Origin: an uncultured bacterium
GTDB lineage: Bacteria > Oederibacteriota > PGYV01 > CAWJRG01
Direction of reading: 5' to 3'
Length of the DNA: 64,000 bases
Assembly (NCBI GenBank): GCA_963845185.1
Contig: CAWJRG010000001.1
Location: 1-64,000 of the forward strand
This document shows positions 20,662 to 31,378 of this stretch, in pieces (position 1 is the first letter of the stretch; the number at the start of each line of letters is the position of its first letter). The notes below the pieces were generated by a model that had not been told where the DNA came from, made no database searches, and worked only from the letters and a program-made list of their open reading frames with translations. The translations under genes and the position numbers were made by a program.

Positions 20662-20741
20662 AAAAACCTCCTTTTAATGAAAATTTAATATCAATTCTTT
20701 TATTTAAAAACCTGTTTTACGCAGTCTCAATAATCAATTTT

Positions 20742-21482
20742 TTATTTGCTCGCCACGACTATTATCTGTGGAGAGTCAAAAGATAGCCCGTTGTAATTGC
20801 CATACATACTGTCTACTTTAAATCCGGATGATTCTAGCATGTTTTTTAAATCTAACGGTGTATATAACCTCTGAAAAAATTCTTTTTCTCCCTGGGCATT
20901 TCCTTTATTATCTATAATTTCAAAAAAAGAGTGCAGTGTATTTTTGGAAAAATCAAAGTCATTTTTCTGCCTAAATATATATCCATCTTCACGTACTATC
21001 TCATTAACCGGTTTAAACAAGCCTGCAATATAAAAAAGATTCATACAGTCAGCGATAAACTTGCCGCCCGGTTTTAAAGCTTTATACAGGCTTTTAAATG
21101 CTTTAACCTGTTCATCGTCATTAAAAAATCCAATTGAACAAAAAAGACACGTGGCATAATCTGCCTGGATTTCCTCGGGAGTTTCTCTGCAATCAGCCAG
21201 TACCGTGTTTACTTCAAGTTTGTTTACGGTGAATAGTTCTTTTGCCCTGTTTAAATAATCATTCATAAAATCAAGTATAGTTACTTTAAAACCCATCAGG
21301 CCGAAATAAATTGATATCCTGCCCCATCCGCCGCACCAGTCCAGGATATGCCCGTTCTTGGCGTCAAGAAGGTTTATGGTGTCTTCTGCAAGTTGCCTTG
21401 CATCATCTTGATTATATTTCCAGCACCAGTATTTTTCGTAAAATCCACTCTCAAAAAACTCCCTGAGAATTTTCTCTTCCAT
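20742..21482 (-). CDS. Class I SAM-dependent methyltransferase
   Basis: ILDWCGGWGR glycine motif and LKPGGKF. Confidence 0.88.
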   Translation of the reverse strand: MEEKILREFFESGFYEKYWCWKYNQDDARQLAEDTINLLDAKNGHILDWCGGWGRISIYFGLMGFKVTILDFMNDYLNRAKELFTVNKLEVNTVLADCRETPEEIQADYATCLFCSIGFFNDDEQVKAFKSLYKALKPGGKFIADCMNLFYIAGLFKPVNEIVREDGYIFRQKNDFDFSKNTLHSFFEIIDNKGNAQGEKEFFQRLYTPLDLKNMLESSGFKVDSMYGNYNGLSFDSPQIIVVASK

Positions 21483-21582
21483 ACGCCCCTTCGAAATAAA
21501 ACATCTTGTACTAGTTTATTTTTCGATCTAACTCCGGCATTAAAGTCCCTTTACTTTTTACCTATTTTAAAACTGCATTGTC

Positions 21583-22764
21583 TCATTTTATCAAATTACC
21601 CTTTTCATCATACAACTTTGTTCCCTGCTCCACTCCATCCTTAAAAGTTGTTTCAAGCTTTGTTGTTCCATTCTCATAATAATTTCTAAACAAGCCGTCC
21701 TGTACCCCCGCTTTAAAACCCTCCTCTGTTTTCAACGCGCCCGATTCATAATATAATTTAAAAAGCCCTTCTTCTTTCCCTTCCATGTACATGCCTTCAA
21801 CTTTTTTCTTGCCGGATTTGTAAAAAAGGCGGTAAAGGCCTTCTTCTATTCCGTCACGATATTCTCCCATTATTTTAAGCTCACCTGTTTCATAATAAAA
21901 TTTATAAGGTCCGCTTTCCTTGCCATCTATATAAGTACCTTCAAGTTTTATGCCACCCGACTCATAATAAAGCTTAAATAACCCGTTCTTCTTCCCTTCC
22001 AGGTACGAAGCTTCCGCTTTCAATTTACCCGATAGGAAATAACTACGCGTGGGGCCGTCCTGCTTTCCTTCCTTGTAATTTTCTTCCTGAGATAATTCGC
22101 CGGATTCATAAAAAAGTTTGTAAGGCCCGTTTTCAACCCCGTTCTTGTAAGTGGCTTCTGCTTTTAGCACGCCGGATTCGTAATAAAGCTTGAAAACTCC
22201 TTCTTTTTTTCCGTCCTTATAAAAGCCTTCAAGCTTGGTCTTGCCGTTCCTGTAGTAAAGCTTATAAGGCCCATTTTCCTTGCCGAACAAATAAGTTTCC
22301 TCAACTTCAGGCGACCCGTCCTCAAAATAGCTTTTATAAATGCCGTTTTTCATACCCATATTGCAGGTGCCTGCCGATTTCACTTTGCCAGTGTCGTAAT
22401 ATGTCTTGTAAAACTCCACGCCTTCGTGGATACCCCTTTCTGTCTGTAGCATGCCGGACTCATAAAAGCTTTTATATGGCCAGTCAAGGTCACCGTCTTT
22501 ATAATATTCCTCGGCTCGTAACACGCCTGATTTATAATACCATTTAACTATATTGTCTTTTATCCTGTTTTTTTCATAATTGATTAAAGCGTGGAATTCT
22601 TCACCTGTTTCGTCAATCATAATGGCATTTACTTTGCCGCTGATTTCTTCGCCTTCCCTTGTGATTGCAGTGTCGGGATTTATTGTCCATTTGGCAATTT
22701 CTTTGTCCCCGTCTTCATAAAATACCTGAATATTTTTTTTCTGCATGCTTGCAAATTCCGGCAC
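21583..22764 (-). CDS. MORN-variant / YwqK-like repeat protein
   Basis: About 12 tandem 24-aa repeats of the form GxYKxYYESGxLKxExxYKxGKxE. Confidence 0.88.
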   Translation of the reverse strand: MPEFASMQKKNIQVFYEDGDKEIAKWTINPDTAITREGEEISGKVNAIMIDETGEEFHALINYEKNRIKDNIVKWYYKSGVLRAEEYYKDGDLDWPYKSFYESGMLQTERGIHEGVEFYKTYYDTGKVKSAGTCNMGMKNGIYKSYFEDGSPEVEETYLFGKENGPYKLYYRNGKTKLEGFYKDGKKEGVFKLYYESGVLKAEATYKNGVENGPYKLFYESGELSQEENYKEGKQDGPTRSYFLSGKLKAEASYLEGKKNGLFKLYYESGGIKLEGTYIDGKESGPYKFYYETGELKIMGEYRDGIEEGLYRLFYKSGKKKVEGMYMEGKEEGLFKLYYESGALKTEEGFKAGVQDGLFRNYYENGTTKLETTFKDGVEQGTKLYDEKGNLIK

Positions 22765-23006
22765 TTGTCACCTTCTGTTTTTTGCTTAAATCCTAATGCT
22801 TTTTGTATTTTAGCAGTTAAAAAAGAGTTTATCAAGAATTTTTATACAGGACTGGCGCTCCATTGTCAAAATAACTGCAACAACCGTAATCCAAATTTAT
22901 TAAACATAGTTTGCTCTATGAATCCAAAGTCGAAAACAAAACATTATTATATACTATTCCCACTCATGCTTAGTACAATTCTCAGGGTAAGCGGTATTGA
23001 TTCGAA

Positions 23007-24485
23007 TCAATAAATTATAATCTTTTTTGCAGTTATATCCATAAAAACATTTTTACTTTTATAAATAATCTCTTTTGAGCCGTTGAATCTTTCTTTCCCA
23101 TCGTTAAGCTCCCTTAAAAATTTACTCTTGTTGATTATATATACAATCCCGTTTTGCGCGCGTATATTGAAATCAGCGTCTTTTAAAACCTCCACATCCT
23201 TGTCTAAATTAATGATTATATCTCCCGATTTCGTTTTTAGATAAACTTCCTTTAACTTACCCTTGTCAATTGGCTCAAAATTTATATCCCCTCCGGCAGT
23301 ATACAGAACTATTTTTTCAATATTTAAACCCGCATTGAAATTAATATCTCCCTGCCTGTCATTGGCAATTATCTGGTAGTTTTTTTCGGTAGGCAGAATG
23401 ACTCCAAGCGACGCGTTTAATTCGACAAAAATCCCGTTTTTTAAAAAATTCGCATAAATTTGGCTGCTTTCATAGCTTTTGAAAGGTTTTATATCCGCTT
23501 TATACTTGTTGCCTGGCATACCGAAACCGCGGACACTTGTATTGATTAAAATACTATCGCCTGTCCCGCCTGTTATTTTGACTTCACCCTGCTCCATGTT
23601 CAATTTTATTGATACAGCCTTTTGCAGACCGCCAAACTCATATTTTTTTTCTTCATAAAAAGGTGTTGATAAAAGTACAACCCCTACCAGAATCGTAAGC
23701 AATATAGCCGTGGTTCCATAAGACAAGGCATAATTACGTTTGAATAATTCCGGGTGTTCCTCTGCTTTTGCTTCCTGCTCCATTTTTAATATTTTAAAAA
23801 AAATTGTTTCTGTCGTGATAAAAGTAATCCCTGCCGCCCATAGCACATCAGATGCGAAATGTGCCCCCTGAAGCATCCTGCCTGCACCCATTCCAATGCC
23901 ATATAAAGCCGCGAAGCTCATGGATATGTTTGCTTTAAGCCTGTCCCTTTTCCTGTAAATCAGGTAAAATGCGTAAAATACAAACCCCATGGAGCAATGA
24001 CCGCATGGAAAAGAATGCCCCTTGCCAGGCACGCCGAACTCAAGCACATTTCTGAATTTCCATTGTCCGCCGTATTCTGTAATTTCCCTCGGCCTTGGCC
24101 TGCCACTGTAATTTTTAAAAATAACATTGATTAACAACCCCGGCCCCAACAGCAAAGAAAGTATGATTAAAAGTGCCTGTTTCCTAAACTTAGCGACATT
24201 TTCATAGGCAAAACTCAATCCAAAAAGCACCGCAGCCATGCCGCCGCATACAAGCGCCGGCATAACTCCGTAATTATACAGCAGGAGCACTATGGCGTTA
24301 TTCTCATAAATCCATCTCAAACTCTTGCTGTAAAAAAAATTTTGTATGGTGATATCAAGGTTAAAAAGCCAGAAAGGAAGGGTTAAAGCAAGCAGGATTA
24401 TAAAATGCAAAATGATTGTAGTAGTTGATTTTTCTAATTTGAATGTTTTTACTTCCAATATATTACCCCTTTGCCATTTTGCCAA
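23007..24485 (-). CDS. PAP2-family membrane phosphatase (lipid A phosphatase-like) with a C-terminal beta-rich extracytoplasmic domain
   Basis: KNYSGRPRP, SFPCGH and RMLQGAHFASDV PAP2 motifs; about 210-aa DUF4097-like tail after the last TM helix. Confidence 0.85.
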   Translation of the reverse strand: MAKWQRGNILEVKTFKLEKSTTTIILHFIILLALTLPFWLFNLDITIQNFFYSKSLRWIYENNAIVLLLYNYGVMPALVCGGMAAVLFGLSFAYENVAKFRKQALLIILSLLLGPGLLINVIFKNYSGRPRPREITEYGGQWKFRNVLEFGVPGKGHSFPCGHCSMGFVFYAFYLIYRKRDRLKANISMSFAALYGIGMGAGRMLQGAHFASDVLWAAGITFITTETIFFKILKMEQEAKAEEHPELFKRNYALSYGTTAILLTILVGVVLLSTPFYEEKKYEFGGLQKAVSIKLNMEQGEVKITGGTGDSILINTSVRGFGMPGNKYKADIKPFKSYESSQIYANFLKNGIFVELNASLGVILPTEKNYQIIANDRQGDINFNAGLNIEKIVLYTAGGDINFEPIDKGKLKEVYLKTKSGDIIINLDKDVEVLKDADFNIRAQNGIVYIINKSKFLRELNDGKERFNGSKEIIYKSKNVFMDITAKKIIIY

Positions 24486-24499
24486 AAAAAATTATTATA

Positions 24500-24913
24500 T
24501 TAAGCAAACCCTACATCAATCGGCTTTTTTAACTTATAATAAACCGATTCTACGTTGTAATTTTCTGTTATCTTGATTTCGGCAGCATCGGAAATTACGC
24601 TGACAGCGTGCCAGATGTTTTTATCAAGGCATACCGGCTTATCAAGCAAAAAGGCCTCGATATTTTCCGGGCTGTTTTGAGGCGCAACGACTATGACCGC
24701 CGTGCCTTTTACCGGTTCAAATGTCTCCATGGATTCCGGATGTGCCTCCATGCCGTTTACATTTTCAGGCTTGCTTACAAGGTAACCTATCCTCCAGCCA
24801 GCTGCTTTTTCATCGCCGCATAACACAGAAAAAACTTTCTCTTTATCGTCTGGTTCCAGTATCATGCCGAATTTCTTGAAAAGTTTCCTGTCGAGCGTCT
24901 TTATGGGTATCAT
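24500..24913 (-). CDS. Ureidoglycolate lyase-like cupin
   Basis: MEAHPESMETFEP and KNIWH. Confidence 0.65.
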   Translation of the reverse strand: MIPIKTLDRKLFKKFGMILEPDDKEKVFSVLCGDEKAAGWRIGYLVSKPENVNGMEAHPESMETFEPVKGTAVIVVAPQNSPENIEAFLLDKPVCLDKNIWHAVSVISDAAEIKITENYNVESVYYKLKKPIDVGFA

Positions 24914-24956
24914 ATAAAACCTCCGGTTTTGTACTGCCGCATTTCGCTTGTCAGTT

Positions 24957-27659
24957 TTATTGTTGTACGCCGGTCATTCCTCCAGGCTCAAGTGGTTGCT
25001 CCTCTGTTCCTTCTTTGGAAGATTTTTCTTTGACGCCGTTTTTCGGGCCTACTATCACCTCGCAGTAATCGTCCAGCCTGAAGTAATTCTTTATGGCGGT
25101 ATTTATTTCCTTTTTTGTTACGCTATATATTTCATCAAGGAACTTGTCCACTTCGTGGTATCCCATGCCCCAGAACTCATACATGCCGTACGAATCAGCC
25201 TGTGCCATATAATCCTGCGTGCCTATTTTAAACATCCCGTTGATATAACTTTTCGCGACCTTTACTTCGTTATCAGTCACCCCTTTATGATAGAGGTCTC
25301 TCAATACTTTCAGGATTTCCGTCTTTACCTTTTCTTCATTTTCGGGCGCTGTGGCTGTATATATTTTAAAAGCTCCGTTTTCAACCGTCCTATCAAAAGT
25401 CGAAAATATCGTGTAACAAAGGTTTCTCTTGTCCCTTATCTCGGTAAAAAGCCTTGAATCCATACCGCCTCCCAATATGGTATCCAAAACCCTAAACACA
25501 AAATAATCCCTGCTGTTTGCCTTTGGCCCTATGAATCCCATTATAATATGAGACTGGTTTTTGTCTATTTCTTCCCTTTCGACCTTTTTTCTCTTTGTCA
25601 CTTTGACCGGTAGCTTAAACTGCATATCCTGGCCTTTTTCCCACTTGCCAAAATATTTTTCAAAAGCTCCCTCAACTTCATCGCGCTCTATATTACCCGC
25701 TACCATGACTATGAGGTTACCCGGGTTTACGAATTTCTTATGCCATGTTTTTATGCCTTTTGACGATATTGTCTTTTCTATTGCCGGAATTTCACCCATT
25801 ATGGAATTGCTGTAAGGATGCCATTCGAATAGCAGTTTGTTGAAAAGTTTGTCCGCGTATGATGCCGGGTTGTCTTTCAATTTATTTATACTGTTTATAA
25901 TATCTTCCTTTTCCTTTTTTATCTCTGGGATTTCAAACGCGGGGTTGAGTATTATATCGGAAAACAACCCCATGAACGCATCAAAATTGTAATTCATGAA
26001 TTCTGCCGACCACCCAAAATTATCTTTCTGCACCTCGCCGTTTATAACAAGCCCAAGCCTGTCTATCTGTTTTGCTATCTCCTTCGCGTCGCGCGTCGTC
26101 GTACCCTTGAACATGGTTTCGGTCATCAGGTTGGTTATCCCGTTATTTTCTTCTTTTTCGTATATTACTCCACCCTTGAAAATGAATTTAATTGCGACTA
26201 TTGGGGTATTCGTAAGTTTTTTATGTATTAGGATGATGCCGTTTGTCAGCGTGATTTTTGTCGCCTTGCCCTCCTCGCCTGCTTTTTTCTCAAATTTTAC
26301 GGAAATTAAGGGTGTTATTGCATCCGCGATTTTATATTTTTTATACTGCGCCTCTTCTTTTTGCGGATAATAAAGCGCTATTTTAGCTGTTTCCGGCCTT
26401 AAATATTTGTTTAAAACTTCCATTACGTCTTCGCTTGTCACCCTTTCCAATTCGTTATAGTATTTGTAATAAATATTGTAATCCCCAAGCGTTTCATAAT
26501 ATCCGAGGTTAGAAGCCATATTTTCAACCTTCATATTTTCCTTTGCCTTCTCCCTGATTATGTCTTCTTTTACTTTTTCAATGTCCTCGTTTTTTATTCC
26601 ATTCTTTTTAATCCTGTCTATCTCGAGGAACACGTTTTTCAATACATCTGCATATTTTCCCTTGCGCAGGTTAGCTGCCACAACAAACATGCCGCTGAGC
26701 TTTCCTGAAAACATCTCCGAGTCTATTGAGTCTACCAGGCCCTGGTCTTCCTTTATTGACTGGTAAAGTATGGAACTCTCAGTACCGCCTAGTATTCTCC
26801 CGAGCACTTCGAGTTTGGGCAAGTCTTCGGACAAAGCGTCTGGTATCTTAAATCCTATAGCGAGAAAGGCGCTTTCAATAGGCCCGCTAAAAGCCGTGTA
26901 TTTAAATTCCTCTTTCTGCGCTGTTTCCGTAGGTCTTTCCTCGGGCTTTGCATTATTCGCTTGTAATGTCCCAAATGTTTCTTTAATATGCTCCAGTACC
27001 TTTTTAGTGTCTACGTCGCCGCTTATCACCACAACCAGGTCCTGCGGAAGGTAATGCTTGTCATAATAATTTACAATATCTTCCCTTTTAATTTTTCTCA
27101 AGTTATCTTCATAGCCTATAATTGGAACTTTGTAATAACTATCGTATGCGCTTTCCATCAGTTTCTGCCATAAAAAAACCCCGGGGCTATCGAGCCCTCT
27201 TTTCAGTTCTTCTATGACCACTTCTCTTTCCTTGTCCACTTCTTCCTTGTCAAAAACCGATGCCGAAAGCGCGTCGTATTCAATATCTATCGCTTTATTG
27301 ACGTATTCGGAAGGCAGCACTATAACATAATTTGTATTATCGTAAGAAGTAAAAGCGTTGTTGTAGCCGCCGAGCTCTTTTATCTCCTTATCTATCTCGC
27401 CAACTTTCCTTTTTTTCGTGCCTTTAAACATAAGGTGCTCGATAAAATGAGATATGCCTTTCTCGCTGTCGTTTTCAAGGCTGGATCCGACTTTTACCCA
27501 AAAATTGCAGGCAGCCACATGCGCATCGTGCGACTCGTCTATAATTACGGTTACGCCGTTTTCAAGTTTTTCTTTATATACCTGTCCGTCAGCCATTATT
27601 TTGCTCCTTGAATACATGATTATCAGCACTGCGATTAAAAACACAACGACTTTTTTCAT
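24957..27659 (-). CDS. M16 family Zn peptidase (exported)
   Basis: HFIEH inverted zincin motif, NAFTSYD, duplicated M16 halves and a signal peptide. Confidence 0.95.
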   Translation of the reverse strand: MKKVVVFLIAVLIIMYSRSKIMADGQVYKEKLENGVTVIIDESHDAHVAACNFWVKVGSSLENDSEKGISHFIEHLMFKGTKKRKVGEIDKEIKELGGYNNAFTSYDNTNYVIVLPSEYVNKAIDIEYDALSASVFDKEEVDKEREVVIEELKRGLDSPGVFLWQKLMESAYDSYYKVPIIGYEDNLRKIKREDIVNYYDKHYLPQDLVVVISGDVDTKKVLEHIKETFGTLQANNAKPEERPTETAQKEEFKYTAFSGPIESAFLAIGFKIPDALSEDLPKLEVLGRILGGTESSILYQSIKEDQGLVDSIDSEMFSGKLSGMFVVAANLRKGKYADVLKNVFLEIDRIKKNGIKNEDIEKVKEDIIREKAKENMKVENMASNLGYYETLGDYNIYYKYYNELERVTSEDVMEVLNKYLRPETAKIALYYPQKEEAQYKKYKIADAITPLISVKFEKKAGEEGKATKITLTNGIILIHKKLTNTPIVAIKFIFKGGVIYEKEENNGITNLMTETMFKGTTTRDAKEIAKQIDRLGLVINGEVQKDNFGWSAEFMNYNFDAFMGLFSDIILNPAFEIPEIKKEKEDIINSINKLKDNPASYADKLFNKLLFEWHPYSNSIMGEIPAIEKTISSKGIKTWHKKFVNPGNLIVMVAGNIERDEVEGAFEKYFGKWEKGQDMQFKLPVKVTKRKKVEREEIDKNQSHIIMGFIGPKANSRDYFVFRVLDTILGGGMDSRLFTEIRDKRNLCYTIFSTFDRTVENGAFKIYTATAPENEEKVKTEILKVLRDLYHKGVTDNEVKVAKSYINGMFKIGTQDYMAQADSYGMYEFWGMGYHEVDKFLDEIYSVTKKEINTAIKNYFRLDDYCEVIVGPKNGVKEKSSKEGTEEQPLEPGGMTGVQQ

Positions 27660-27665
27660 TAATTA

Positions 27666-30254
27666 TCAGCCTTTTCCTGTCTTGAAAAACAGTTTGCCGT
27701 CCTTCATATCAAGTGCAATCTTATCCCCTTCGGTAATTTTTCCCGACAATATCTGTTTTGCGAGACTGTTTTCGACTTCCTTTTGTATCAGGCGTTTTAA
27801 GGGTCTTGCCCCGAATAATTCATCATAACCTTTCTCTCCAAAATATTCAACAGTTTTGTCCGTGGGCTCTATTGTTATATTCCTGTCCTTTAGCCTTTCG
27901 TTTAAAAGCCCGAACTGAATCCTTGTAATTTTCGCGATTATTTCCTTGGTGAGCTTGTGAAAAACTATTATTTCATCGAGCCTGTTTAAAAACTCCGGCC
28001 TGAAAAATTTCTTTAATTCCGCTGTAATTTTATCCATAAAATCACTGGATTTTTCGTCAAGACTGGATATCATTTCTGTCGCTAGGTTTGAAGTCATTAT
28101 AATAACCGTGTTTTTGAAATCCACTGTCCTGCCCTGTCCGTCTGTAAGCCTCGCGTCGTCGAGCACCTGCAGGAGCACATTGAAAACATCAGGATGCGCC
28201 TTTTCTATCTCGTCAAAAAGCACCACTGAATATGGCCTGCGCCTGATGCGCTCAGTGAGCTGTCCGCCCTCTTCATATCCCACATATCCCGGCGGCGCAC
28301 CTATAAGCCTTGCAACAGTATGCTTTTCCATGTATTCCGACATATCTATCCTTGTGAGCGCAGCCTCGTCGTCGAACAAAAACTGCGCGAGAGCCTTTGC
28401 CAGCTCAGTTTTGCCCACGCCTGTCGGGCCAAGGAACAGGAAAGAACCCATTGGCCTTGCTATATCGCCTATATGCGCACGCGAGCGCCTTATGGCGTTT
28501 GAAACAGCCTCTATTGCGCTGTCCTGTCCCACAACCCTTTCTTTCAGCCTGTCTTCCATATTCAAAAGCTTTTGTGTCTCGGTCTCAAGCATCCTGTTGA
28601 CAGGTATTCCGGTCCATTTTGACACTACTTCGGCTATGTCATCTTCGTCAACCTCTTCCTTGAGCAGCGTGCCTTTTCCCCTCAGGTGATCAAGCTCGTC
28701 CCCGTATTTTTTCAGTTCCTTTTCCATGTTTATCAGTTCACCGTATCTTATTTTCGCGACTTTTTCAAGCTCTCCCTGGCGCTCAAATTTTTCCTCTTCC
28801 TGTTTTTTCTTCTCAATACCCGCTTTTATTTCCCTTATCTTGTTTATGACTTCCTTCTCTTTTTTCCATTTCAAATAAAGCCCGTCTTTTTGTTCTTTCA
28901 ACCCTGTTATTTCTTTTGTTAATTCCTTTAATTTCCCCGCGCTTGACTTGTCAGCTTCTTCCTTTTTTACAGCTTCCCTTTCTATTTCAAGCCGCCTTAA
29001 TTTCCTGTCAACTTCATCTATTTCCACAGGCATACTGTCTATCTCCATTTTAATTTTGGACGCAGCCTCATCCACAAGGTCTATTGCCTTGTCTGGCAAA
29101 AACCTGCCCTGTATGTAGCGTGCTGACAGCTTCGCCGCTGCTGTCAAAGCCGCGTCTTTTATCCTGACGCCGTGGTGTACTTCATAGCGTTCCTTCAGCC
29201 CGCGCAAAATGGAAACTGTGTTTTCTACTGTAGGTTCAGAAACAAAAACAGGCTGGAACCTGCGCTCCAGTGCCGGGTCTTTTTCTATATACTGCCTGTA
29301 TTCGTTAAGGGTTGTAGCGCCGATTGCCCTGAGCTTGCCGCGCGCAAGCGCAGGTTTCAATATATTTGCCGCGTCTATGGCTCCTTCTGCCTTGCCTGCG
29401 CCCACAAGCGTGTGCATTTCGTCTATGAAAAGTATTATATGCCCCGCAGACTCTGTTATTTCCTTTAATACAGCTTTCAGCCTGTCTTCGAATTCTCCCC
29501 TGTACTTTGCGCCGGCTACCATCGAGCTTATGTCAAGCGAAACAACTTTTTTATCTTTCAGACTCTCAGGCACGTCTCCCTTTGAAATCCTTATTGCCAC
29601 GCCCTCTGCAATGGCTGTCTTGCCAACTCCCGCTTCGCCTATCAATACAGGATTGTTCTTTGTGCGTCTTGACAGCACCTGCATTACCCTTCTTATCTCA
29701 TCATCCCTGCCTATCACAGGGTCGAGTTTTCCCGCCCTTGCCGCATCGGTCAGGTCCATGCCGTATTTCTCGAGCGGCCTGTATTTATCCTCGGGGTTCC
29801 GGTCTGTAATCCTCTGGTTACCCCTTATTTCCATCATTGCTTTTAATATGCTTTCTTTTGTCACTCCCGCTTTTTTCATTATTTCCGGCGCTGTGCCTTT
29901 TTTATCTGCAAGTGCAATAAGAAAATGCTCGGTATTTACGAATTCATCTTTAAGATTGCCCGCTATTTTCCACGACAGATCCAGTACCTCGTCCAGTTCT
30001 TTTGATAAATAGATTTCCGGGGCACCGGATACTTTTGGAAGTTTATAGATTGAATTTTTGGCTTCTTCGCGCAGCGACTGCGGATTCGCGCCTATTTTTT
30101 CTATTATGGCATCCGCCACACCTTCCGTGTCGTCGAGCATAGCATACAGGAGGTGCTCGGGCATTATCTGCTGATTGCCATATTCAGAAGCAGCTTCCCT
30201 CGCGCCGTTTAGGGCTTCCGCCGCTTTGATGGTAAGTTTTTCCCTATCGAACAT
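27666..30254 (-). CDS. clpB: Chaperone ClpB
   Basis: Two AAA modules ([16 protein letters not shown]) and a long coiled-coil middle domain. Confidence 0.97.
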   Translation of the reverse strand: MFDREKLTIKAAEALNGAREAASEYGNQQIMPEHLLYAMLDDTEGVADAIIEKIGANPQSLREEAKNSIYKLPKVSGAPEIYLSKELDEVLDLSWKIAGNLKDEFVNTEHFLIALADKKGTAPEIMKKAGVTKESILKAMMEIRGNQRITDRNPEDKYRPLEKYGMDLTDAARAGKLDPVIGRDDEIRRVMQVLSRRTKNNPVLIGEAGVGKTAIAEGVAIRISKGDVPESLKDKKVVSLDISSMVAGAKYRGEFEDRLKAVLKEITESAGHIILFIDEMHTLVGAGKAEGAIDAANILKPALARGKLRAIGATTLNEYRQYIEKDPALERRFQPVFVSEPTVENTVSILRGLKERYEVHHGVRIKDAALTAAAKLSARYIQGRFLPDKAIDLVDEAASKIKMEIDSMPVEIDEVDRKLRRLEIEREAVKKEEADKSSAGKLKELTKEITGLKEQKDGLYLKWKKEKEVINKIREIKAGIEKKKQEEEKFERQGELEKVAKIRYGELINMEKELKKYGDELDHLRGKGTLLKEEVDEDDIAEVVSKWTGIPVNRMLETETQKLLNMEDRLKERVVGQDSAIEAVSNAIRRSRAHIGDIARPMGSFLFLGPTGVGKTELAKALAQFLFDDEAALTRIDMSEYMEKHTVARLIGAPPGYVGYEEGGQLTERIRRRPYSVVLFDEIEKAHPDVFNVLLQVLDDARLTDGQGRTVDFKNTVIIMTSNLATEMISSLDEKSSDFMDKITAELKKFFRPEFLNRLDEIIVFHKLTKEIIAKITRIQFGLLNERLKDRNITIEPTDKTVEYFGEKGYDELFGARPLKRLIQKEVENSLAKQILSGKITEGDKIALDMKDGKLFFKTGKG

Positions 30255-30255
30255 G

Positions 30256-31233
30256 TCATTTCACCTCGATGAATATTAAGTGTGTCCCCTTCGCATGTTT
30301 TATAAGGTAATTTGTAAAATCATAAGGTAAAAACACCAGGTCTCCCTGTGTGAATCTGTATGTTTTTTTGTTTGAGGTTTTTATTTCAATCGAGCCTGAA
30401 AACACCCCAATAACCTGGGCTTTTTTTAGTGTGTACCGGCAGGTAACAGCCTTGTCCACTATGACTTCGTCCGCGTTAAAATGGCTGCATGACACCAGGT
30501 GCCTCGCCCTTTTGCTGCCGTTGAACTTATGGAACTTGCTTTTTACCAGCCCTGCCTCAGGGTCATATTTAATGACTTTCAATGCCTTTTCGACATCCAT
30601 CCTGCGCGGCTCGCCGTAAACAAGCCTGCCCCAGTCATAAAGCCTGTATGTGATATCCGAACTCTGCTGTATCTCAAAAACTATATTGCCTACGCCCAGC
30701 GAGTGCACCGTGCCTGCAGGTATAAAATACACCTGCGCTTTCTTGACGTGGTATTCCTTGAGCTCCTTTACTATTCTGTCTTTTTCAAGCAGCCTATGGA
30801 TCTTTGCCGCGCCGGTCTTTTTCTTAAAATTAATCCATAACTTCGAGTTCTTTTTGGTATCGAGTATATACCACATTTCTGTCTTACCGAAGCTGTTCTC
30901 ATGCACCAGGGCGTGCCTGTCCTCCGGGTGCACCTGCACTGACAGTTTGTCGTTTGAGTCCATAAGCTTAAAAAGAAGCGGGAATTTCTTGTTGTACTTT
31001 GTGGCAAGCCTGCTTCCAAGCATCTGAGTGCTGTATTTTTTTACAACGTCGCAGAAAAGCCTGCCGCGAAACGACCCATTTGTCACAACGGAATTATTCT
31101 TGTCCAGGCATGCGTAAAACCACGCTTCGCCGATTTTCTTGTCTTTTGGAAGCTCAAAAAACCTCTCCAGGTTTCTCCCGCCCCATATTGTTTCCTTGAA
31201 TATCGGGCTTACTGTAATTGGGTACATTTTCAT
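30256..31233 (-). CDS. manA: Type I mannose-6-phosphate isomerase
   Basis: IWGG, LSVQVHP, KTEMWY, PAGTVH and [14 protein letters not shown]. Confidence 0.92.
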   Translation of the reverse strand: MKMYPITVSPIFKETIWGGRNLERFFELPKDKKIGEAWFYACLDKNNSVVTNGSFRGRLFCDVVKKYSTQMLGSRLATKYNKKFPLLFKLMDSNDKLSVQVHPEDRHALVHENSFGKTEMWYILDTKKNSKLWINFKKKTGAAKIHRLLEKDRIVKELKEYHVKKAQVYFIPAGTVHSLGVGNIVFEIQQSSDITYRLYDWGRLVYGEPRRMDVEKALKVIKYDPEAGLVKSKFHKFNGSKRARHLVSCSHFNADEVIVDKAVTCRYTLKKAQVIGVFSGSIEIKTSNKKTYRFTQGDLVFLPYDFTNYLIKHAKGTHLIFIEVK

Positions 31234-31378
31234 CCGATAATCTCCTATTTAACCTTCTATCGTTCAACTCGTTAGTAAAGCCTAATTTTAAATATGTATT
31301 AATAATCCAAAATAAGCATATAACAACAAAGCTCTGTTTTCAAGCCGGAATTTATTATCAACATCAGCCTCGCAAGGC

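Noticed and set aside
21583..22764. YwqK-type toxin-antitoxin system
   Set aside because: Only the repeat protein is present; neither neighbour resembles a toxin.
31234..31378. CIRCE/CtsR heat-shock operator upstream of manA-clpB
   Set aside because: No TTAGCACTC-N9-GAGTGCTAA or CtsR heptad repeats are visible; only a plausible sigma70 promoter.
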